Origin: a bacterium
GTDB lineage: Bacteria > UBA8248
DNA length: 64,000 nt
Assembly (NCBI GenBank): GCA_963692865.2
Contig: OY843592.1
Coordinates: 2,048,001 to 2,112,000 of the forward strand
Reading direction: 5' to 3'
In this document: positions 57,775 to 64,000 of the stretch, in pieces
Numbering within the stretch: position 1 is the first letter of the stretch
Layout: the number at the start of each line of letters is the position of its first letter
Program-made: the position numbers and the translations under genes
The notes under the pieces: model-generated
Told to the model about the DNA's origin: nothing
The model's database searches: none
What the model saw: only the letters and a program-made list of their open reading frames with translations

Positions 57775-58148
57775 CGCAGCCTCGCCACGAGGCGCTTCTC
57801 GTTTTTCATCGCTTGGAGGTATTCGTCGAGGTCGTCGGGGTCCTTTCCGGTGATGCGGCGGTAGAGATCGAGGTTCTTCGTGCCGTCGGGGTCTTCGACG
57901 AGTTCGGCTTCGCCCTCGGCGCAGAGGTAGGGATAGAAGCTCTCCTGCGGCATCACGCAGAGCGTTGCCCTGGAGTCGCGCCCAAGATTCCTGGCCTTCA
58001 CGCGGTCCCACGTCATGGAAATCTCCGCGACGCCGTCTTTGTAGTCGAAAACGATGGGCGTGGGGTGCGATCTGCCGTCTGAGAGCAGGGTGCTCAGGAC
58101 GCCGTAGTGCTGCTCGTTCAGGAAGGCCAGCGCCTCGTCGTGCGTCAT
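57747..58148 (-). CDS. PPOX-class (pyridoxamine 5'-phosphate oxidase-like, possibly F420-binding) protein
   Basis: VLSTL..DG..H.TP, KARNL.RD.R.TL, E.R. Confidence 0.88.
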   Translation of the reverse strand: MTHDEALAFLNEQHYGVLSTLLSDGRSHPTPIVFDYKDGVAEISMTWDRVKARNLGRDSRATLCVMPQESFYPYLCAEGEAELVEDPDGTKNLDLYRRITGKDPDDLDEYLQAMKNEKRLVARLRVKRMYPVG

Positions 58149-58159
58149 GAAGGTTCTCC

Positions 58160-58960
58160 TTATGAGTCCGAATCAATCGCCGCCTCGACGAAGTCATCGA
58201 ACGCGGCGCAAAAAGCCTCGGGCGCATCCTGCATTGGATAATGCCCGCAGGCGGGAATGACCGTTCTCACGCAATCCGGAATTCGCTCCTCGAACATCTC
58301 CCCAAATGCCATCGCCCCGGCGTCTCCCTCGCCCACGCAGACCCAGGCGGGGACGTGGATTTCGCTTAGCCGCTCCCGCATATCCGGCGTGCCCAGTATG
58401 GCGTCCACCGCGGCGGCGTAATCCTCAGGGGTGTTCTTGAGAAAGCGCTTTCTGAATTCTTCCGCGCTCGCGCCGTCGATGTAGTCCCGGGGAAGCGTCG
58501 CCTGCATTCCCTCGCTATCGAGGGCCGCCTCGACTCCCTCATCGAGCGCCAGCTTTCGCAAGAATTCGAACCGCCGCCTCATTTCTCCTTCGGGCGCTGC
58601 GGCGGATGCGCCGACGAGCATCAGGCCCTCGACCCTCTCGGGGTGTTCGAGTGCGCACCACAGGGCCACCCGCCCGCCCATGCTGTGTCCCATGAGGTGG
58701 ACCCTGTCGAGCCCCCAGAAATTGAGAAGAGCGAGCAGATCCCCGGTGAGGGTCTCGATCTGATAAGGCCCTTGGCGCTTGCTCGACCCCCCGTGGCCTC
58801 GATGGTCGTATGCAAAGGCCTGAAAGCGCCCGGAGAGCGCATCCATCACCGGGTCCCAGGTGTATATGGAGTTGGCGAACCCGTGCATCGCGACCAGGGG
58901 GGCGCCGCTCCCTTTCACGATGTATGTGAGGTTCACGCCGTTCACCGTCGCCACCGGCAT
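58160..58960 (-). CDS. alpha/beta hydrolase (PcaD-like)
   Basis: [19 protein letters not shown]. Confidence 0.9.
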   Translation of the reverse strand: MPVATVNGVNLTYIVKGSGAPLVAMHGFANSIYTWDPVMDALSGRFQAFAYDHRGHGGSSKRQGPYQIETLTGDLLALLNFWGLDRVHLMGHSMGGRVALWCALEHPERVEGLMLVGASAAAPEGEMRRRFEFLRKLALDEGVEAALDSEGMQATLPRDYIDGASAEEFRKRFLKNTPEDYAAAVDAILGTPDMRERLSEIHVPAWVCVGEGDAGAMAFGEMFEERIPDCVRTVIPACGHYPMQDAPEAFCAAFDDFVEAAIDSDS

Positions 58961-59079
58961 CGTCCGATCCTCCGGTCGAGAGAAATACGCCTTTCGCCTT
59001 TGCCGAGTTGCTAGAATACCCTATTATGGCTTTTTTCGCAGAACGGCTCATCCGCTCGGCCATGGACGGGAATTTGCGC

Positions 59080-59769
59080 ATGAACGGGAAAAGAGTGGCG
59101 GTCGTCCTCTTAAGCGGCGGCATGGATTCGGCCGTCGTTCTGGCCATCGCGAAGGGGGCGGGATTCGCCTGTGAGGCGCTCAGTTTCGACTATGGACAAA
59201 GGCACCGCTGTGAGCTGATAGCCGCAAAAAATGTGGCGAAGCAAATCGGCGCGTCCGGCCATACTGTATTGTCCATCGACATGCGCCCCATCGGCGGAAG
59301 CGCGCTCACCGACGACATCGAGGTGCCCAAGGAGCGCGACGACATCGGGGAGGGCATACCGGTAACGTATGTGCCCGCGCGGAACACGATTTTTCTGAGC
59401 TATGCGCTCGCCCTCGCCGAGGTGAAGGGGGCGAGCGACATCTTCATCGGGGTGAACGCGCTCGATTATTCGGGCTATCCCGACTGCCGCCCGGAATACA
59501 TAGACGCCTATGCGCAAATGGCGCGTCTGGCGACGAAATCGGGCGTGGGGGGCGCGCCGCTCGAAATCCATACGCCCTTGAGCGCGATGAGGAAGTCCGC
59601 CATTGCGCGCAAGGGCCTGGAACTGGGGGTGGATTTTTCTCTCACCCACACCTGCTACGATCCGCTGGATGAAAGGCGGCCCTGTGGTTCGTGCGACGCC
59701 TGTATCCTGAGGCGCAAGGGGTTCGAGGAGATCGGAGAGCGCGACCCGCTCCCTTATCCTGTTGCTTGA
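59080..59769 (+). CDS. queC: 7-cyano-7-deazaguanine synthase
   Basis: [32 protein letters not shown]...CGSCDAC. Confidence 0.96.
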   Translation: MNGKRVAVVLLSGGMDSAVVLAIAKGAGFACEALSFDYGQRHRCELIAAKNVAKQIGASGHTVLSIDMRPIGGSALTDDIEVPKERDDIGEGIPVTYVPARNTIFLSYALALAEVKGASDIFIGVNALDYSGYPDCRPEYIDAYAQMARLATKSGVGGAPLEIHTPLSAMRKSAIARKGLELGVDFSLTHTCYDPLDERRPCGSCDACILRRKGFEEIGERDPLPYPVA

Positions 59770-61451
59770 TGTTCGGAGGAGCCGTGGAAGAAATACGCAC
59801 GGACGTATTGGTCGTAGGCGGAGGACTGGCCGGAACGCTGGCCGCTCTGGCCGCGCGCGAAGAGGGGGCGGACGTCTGCATCGCCATGAAGGGCGAGGCC
59901 GGCCTGACGGGTAATTCCGCGCGCGCGGGCGGCGTTTTCGCCACGATTCTGGATGGCTTCTCCCTGCCGGATGATTCCGTTGAAACCATGGTGGCGGATA
60001 ATTTCCGCAGCGGGTGGTTCATGTCCGACCCCGCGCTGGTGCGGACGGTCGCGGCCGAATCGGGCGCGGCCATAGAGCGCCTGCGTGCGCACGTGGTCCC
60101 TTTTCTCGAGAAGAACGGGCGGATGACGCCCACGAAACTCCCCGGGCATACTTATCCTAGGGGTGCGCGCGTACCGGGCGGCGGGCCCCGGATGATGCGG
60201 GTTCTGGGCGCGCGGCTCGCGCAGAGCGGAGCGCGCGTGCTGGAGGGTCTCTCCTTCATCGGTTTGCTGCGTGATGGCGGCGGAAGGGTCGTGGGAGCGG
60301 ATTTTCAAGTAGAGGGAGACTCAAGCCTGCTTCGGGCGCACGCGCGCGCTACGGTTCTCGCGATGGGCGGTTTGGGGGGGATGTACCCCATCACCACGAA
60401 TGCGCCGGGCGTGGCGGGCGTCGGCTACGGGGCGGCTCTGGACGCCGGAGCGCGGTTGCGGGACATGGAGTTCGTGCAATTCACGCCGACGGCGATGGCC
60501 CATCCGCCGCAACTCAGGGGCAGAAACTCAGGGGGCATGGCGCTGTCTTTTCCAGAAACGCGATTGAGAAACAGCCTGAACGAGCGCTTCATGGCCCGCT
60601 ATGCGCCCGATGACATGGAGCACGCCAAGCGCGACGTTCTCTCCCGCGCGATGCACCGCGAAATCGTCGAGGGACGCGGAACGGAAAACGGCGGCTTGTA
60701 TCTCGATTTGACGGCGGTGCCCTATGATGGACTGAGAGACGTGATGGGTGAGATCATCGACGATTTCGAGGCGGCGGGACTCGACGTGCGAAAAGAGCCG
60801 ATAGAAATCGCTCCCGCCGCGCACTCGTGCATGGGCGGCGTCGTCATCGACACCAACGGGCGAACGGACGTAGGCGGCCTCTTCGCCGCCGGTGAGAACG
60901 GAGGAGGTCTGCACGGCGCGAATCGCCTGGCGAGCGGGGGCCTCACCGTGTGCGCCGTCATGGGCGACCGGGCGGGCCGGGCCGCCGCTCATGTGGAAGG
61001 AGAAGGCGGGCCGCCCGAGAAGAAAGAGACGGGCGCGAATGGCACTGATGAGGCGGGTGATGCGCAACTCGATGAAATTGAAGAAAATATCTGCGACGTC
61101 ATGTTTTCCGCTGGAGGCATCGAGCGGACTTCGGGGGCGCTTCAGGGTGGGGTCGAGAGAATCGCCGCGCTGAAAGAGAGGTTGGCCGACGGCTCGACCC
61201 CCGCTTCGCTCGTCTCGCGCCATGCGCAGGCGAGGCTCATGTGCCTGACGGCCGAGGCGATGCTGGGCGCGATGCTCATGCGCGCGGAAAGCCGGGGAGC
61301 GCATGCGAGGTCGGATTATCCCGAACGAGACGATGAGAACTGGCTGGCCAACATTCACGTGTTGCTGGGGGCCGATGGAACGCCTGCGCACGAGAAAGTT
61401 CCCATACCCGATGAATTGCGTGAGGCTTCGTCGCGCCATATGAAGGCTTGA
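59769..61451 (+). CDS. FAD-dependent oxidoreductase of the SdhA/NadB family
   Basis: GGGLAG, DMEFVQFTPT, HSCMGG, HGANRL, ESRGAH.R.DYP; no adjacent Fe-S subunit. Confidence 0.88.
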   Translation: MFGGAVEEIRTDVLVVGGGLAGTLAALAAREEGADVCIAMKGEAGLTGNSARAGGVFATILDGFSLPDDSVETMVADNFRSGWFMSDPALVRTVAAESGAAIERLRAHVVPFLEKNGRMTPTKLPGHTYPRGARVPGGGPRMMRVLGARLAQSGARVLEGLSFIGLLRDGGGRVVGADFQVEGDSSLLRAHARATVLAMGGLGGMYPITTNAPGVAGVGYGAALDAGARLRDMEFVQFTPTAMAHPPQLRGRNSGGMALSFPETRLRNSLNERFMARYAPDDMEHAKRDVLSRAMHREIVEGRGTENGGLYLDLTAVPYDGLRDVMGEIIDDFEAAGLDVRKEPIEIAPAAHSCMGGVVIDTNGRTDVGGLFAAGENGGGLHGANRLASGGLTVCAVMGDRAGRAAAHVEGEGGPPEKKETGANGTDEAGDAQLDEIEENICDVMFSAGGIERTSGALQGGVERIAALKERLADGSTPASLVSRHAQARLMCLTAEAMLGAMLMRAESRGAHARSDYPERDDENWLANIHVLLGADGTPAHEKVPIPDELREASSRHMKA

Positions 61452-61564
61452 GAGATGTGAGAACTATTGCGGTTTGAAGTTGACACCATAATAGGCGCTA
61501 GAGGATAACCAAGGAATACACACTTATTTTCGAAGAGAATTCTTCTCAAGAATCTGGAGGAGTT

Positions 61565-62749
61565 ATGCAATATCCTTTTACCGAAGAACAATTGGCGCTC
61601 GCCGATCTGACCCGGGATTTCATGGAGCGCGAGGTCGCGCCCGTCGCCGCGGAAATGGACAGGCGGCCCGACCCCAAGGATTGCTATCCGGGCGAGCTTC
61701 TGAACAAAGCGTCGCATCTCGGCCTCCGCACCATGGCGGTCCCGGAGGAGCATGGCGGCATCGGGGCCGACACGACGACCAAGGCCCTTTGCCTCTGGAC
61801 GGGCGCGCAAATCGAGATCGGCGTCATCAAGTGCCTTAGCCAGTGCTGGAAAGTGTCGAACGCGATCTTCAAATGCGGTTCGGAAGCGGTACTCGAAAAG
61901 TGGGGCAAGATGTTCGTGGAAGACCACGATTGCGTGGGCTCGTTCGTGATAACCGAACCGGATTACGGCTCGGACAACATCTACCGGCAGAGCGACCCCG
62001 CGCTGGGCCTCAAAACCTCTGCGGTTCGGGACGGCGATTATTTCGTGCTCAACGGAGCGAAACGCTTCACGTCGCTCACGAGTTGGGCGAAGATTCTGCT
62101 GGTATTTGCGAGAACGGACCCCGATGTTCCGCTTCATCAGGGAACCACCTGCTTTCTCGTGCACGGGGACCAGGAGGGCGTCTCCTACGGCAACGTGCAC
62201 GATAAGCTCGGCTACAGGCTGTATCCCAACGCCGAGAGCTACTACGACAACGTGCGCGTCCACAAGGACGACATTCTGGGCGAGGTCGACAAAGGTTTTC
62301 AGACGTTCGCCACGGTATTCCGGGGCAGCGCGGAACTCCCGGCGTGTAATACGGGCATCGCGCGCGGCATCTACAACTTCTGCCTCCAGCACGCAAAAGA
62401 GCGCATCCAGGGCGGCAAGCCCATTATCGAGCACCAGACGATACAGCACATGCTCGCCGAGATGCTGATGAACATCGAGGTGGCCGAGCAGTTCATGTGG
62501 CGCATCTGCTGGGGCGTGGAGAACGACGAGAGCTACAACACGCGCTTCACGCGGTACGGAAAGGTGTTCAGCGATCAGGTGGCGCTCAAGACGATAGCCT
62601 TCGCCACGGACATTCTCGGCGGCATCGGCATCATGAAGGAGACGCCGACGGAGAAGATGATGCGAGATCTCCTCACCTTCCTGCACGGCGACGGCACGGA
62701 CTCGATGACTTTGCTGCGCGCCGCCCAGACGCTGGACGAGCCGACCTAA
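61565..62749 (+). CDS. acyl-CoA dehydrogenase family protein
   Basis: PEEHGG, TEPDYGSD, LNGAKRF, KLG.R, R.QGGKPI..HQ, ILGG.G. Confidence 0.92.
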   Translation: MQYPFTEEQLALADLTRDFMEREVAPVAAEMDRRPDPKDCYPGELLNKASHLGLRTMAVPEEHGGIGADTTTKALCLWTGAQIEIGVIKCLSQCWKVSNAIFKCGSEAVLEKWGKMFVEDHDCVGSFVITEPDYGSDNIYRQSDPALGLKTSAVRDGDYFVLNGAKRFTSLTSWAKILLVFARTDPDVPLHQGTTCFLVHGDQEGVSYGNVHDKLGYRLYPNAESYYDNVRVHKDDILGEVDKGFQTFATVFRGSAELPACNTGIARGIYNFCLQHAKERIQGGKPIIEHQTIQHMLAEMLMNIEVAEQFMWRICWGVENDESYNTRFTRYGKVFSDQVALKTIAFATDILGGIGIMKETPTEKMMRDLLTFLHGDGTDSMTLLRAAQTLDEPT

Positions 62750-62793
62750 GCGCGTCACAAAGCCGTCATTCCCCGATTTGGGAGAGGAATACG

Positions 62794-63567
62794 ATGGATT
62801 TGATGCTCACCGATAAAGTGGCGATGATCTCGGGCGGCAGCCGGGGTCTGGGCTTCCACATCGCGAAGGATCTGGTGGGCGAGGGCTGCCACGTGGCGAT
62901 CAGCGCGCGGGGCGAGGAGCGCCTGAACCAGGCCGTTGATGAGCTGAACGCGCTGGGCGGCGGGCGCGCTGCGGGTTTCGCGGGCGACGTGACTGAGAAG
63001 AGCGTACCCGGCGCTTTTTTACAGAATACGCTCGACGCGTTCGGCGGCGTCGACATTCTCGTGAACAACGTGGGCGGCAGCAATCCCAAGGCGTTTTTGG
63101 ACATCACGGACGAGGAATGGCGCGAGGGGTTCGATTTCAACCTCTATCACGCCGTGACGCTCTCGCGCCTCGTGATACCGGAGATGAAAAAAAGAGGCGG
63201 CGGCTCCATCCTGAACGTCGCCTCCATCTACGGGCGCGAATCGAAGGGCGCGATGACGTACAACGCTTCCAAAGCGGCGCTCATCAGTTTTTCCAAGGGG
63301 CTCGCCCAGCAGACGGCGCAGGACAACATTCGCGTGAACTCGATTGCGCCGGGCAGCATCATTTTCCCCGGCGGCGTCTGGGAGCGGCGGGTGAACGAGG
63401 CGCCCGACGGCCTCAAGGGCTTCATCGACGCGGAAATGCCCCTGGGCCGCTTCGGCCGACCCGAGGAACTCTCCGCCGTGGCCGTCTTCATGGTGAGCCC
63501 GAGAGCGAGCCTGGTGCACGGGGCCTGCTGGAACGTGGACGGCTCGCAGAGCCGTTCGAATATCTAA
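62794..63567 (+). CDS. SDR family oxidoreductase
   Basis: SGGSRGLG, LVNNVG, YNASK, GRFGRPEE. Confidence 0.92.
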   Translation: MDLMLTDKVAMISGGSRGLGFHIAKDLVGEGCHVAISARGEERLNQAVDELNALGGGRAAGFAGDVTEKSVPGAFLQNTLDAFGGVDILVNNVGGSNPKAFLDITDEEWREGFDFNLYHAVTLSRLVIPEMKKRGGGSILNVASIYGRESKGAMTYNASKAALISFSKGLAQQTAQDNIRVNSIAPGSIIFPGGVWERRVNEAPDGLKGFIDAEMPLGRFGRPEELSAVAVFMVSPRASLVHGACWNVDGSQSRSNI

Positions 63568-63580
63568 TCCCTGCTGAGAT

Positions 63581-64000
63581 TCACGAAACTTTCTGGAGTG
63601 GTTCGCGCACGCGCGTGAGCCACTGTTGTTTCAGTGTGCTCTTGACGACGCGGGGAATGCTGAAGCCTATCGGTATCATCCTCGGCTCGACCAGGGGTGT
63701 GGACAATCTCGCCTCTTGAACAGATAGTCCCACCACGTCGATTTTGCCCAGGTCCGTTTCGCCGAAGCCCGTCACGCGGGCGGCTTCCAGGGTTCTCAGT
63801 TTCCCGGGCGAGAGTCCCGCGACCTCGCAGGCGACGCGGTCGAGCGCCACCGGGTCGGCGCTCGCGATGATGAGGCCGACCCGCCGGGGAGTTCCCTGTG
63901 CGGGCCCCTGGCCCTCCATCGCGTATACGGCGTCGAGGACGGAGAGCCTCGTCTTGAGCAGCCGCGCCGTTTCGACGAGCATGAGTGGGAAATAATTCTC
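63581..64000 (-). CDS. DUF362 domain protein, 3' part (runs off the window)
   Basis: LDAVYAMEGQGP..G.P, ASADPVALD. Confidence 0.85.
   Translation of the reverse strand, partial: ENYFPLMLVETARLLKTRLSVLDAVYAMEGQGPAQGTPRRVGLIIASADPVALDRVACEVAGLSPGKLRTLEAARVTGFGETDLGKIDVVGLSVQEARLSTPLVEPRMIPIGFSIPRVVKSTLKQQWLTRVREPLQKVS

Noticed and set aside
56761-58227. 488-aa ORF as a single gene
   Set aside because: Its 5' part is an alternative frame over the PPOX gene; the hydrolase starts at 57723 with its own RBS and signal peptide
58961-59079. preQ1 riboswitch upstream of queC
   Set aside because: No recognisable preQ1 stem with an A-rich tail in the short divergent intergenic region

Overview
GC-rich bacterial chromosomal window of mostly catabolic and housekeeping genes: tyrS, sdhCAB, queC, tRNA-Asn, ABC and TRAP transporters, many hydrolases and flavoenzymes. 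All family calls are motif recognition from the translations; no database search was run. Main observations: (1) a protein with an acidic, disordered N-terminus fused to a domain matching the archaeal/eukaryotic ribosomal protein eL13, in a small islet beside tRNA-Asn; (2) two probable selenoproteins with in-frame TGA at the catalytic Cys position and a SECIS-like hairpin: an exported TlpA-like redoxin heading an MsrPQ-like operon, and a DsbA/FrnE-like protein; (3) a layered non-coding mobile system in the intergenic regions, made of transposase-less elements with GGGGYTGTTGAAAAA inverted ends, shuffled sub-terminal modules and REP-like cargo, which nest in each other and insert into palindromes; (4) 20-31 nt micro-hairpins with GT(C/A)NNNC...GNNN(G/T)AC ends that repeatedly replace exactly 7 nt of a REP-like host; (5) an intact IS256 with a 9-bp target duplication; (6) a 1-kb single-gene cassette bracketed by a 28-bp duplication of a gene 3' end; (7) 23-bp phased repeats over an AAA/DUF4143 promoter; (8) a single-chain triple Rid protein. 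No CRISPR array or rRNA was seen.
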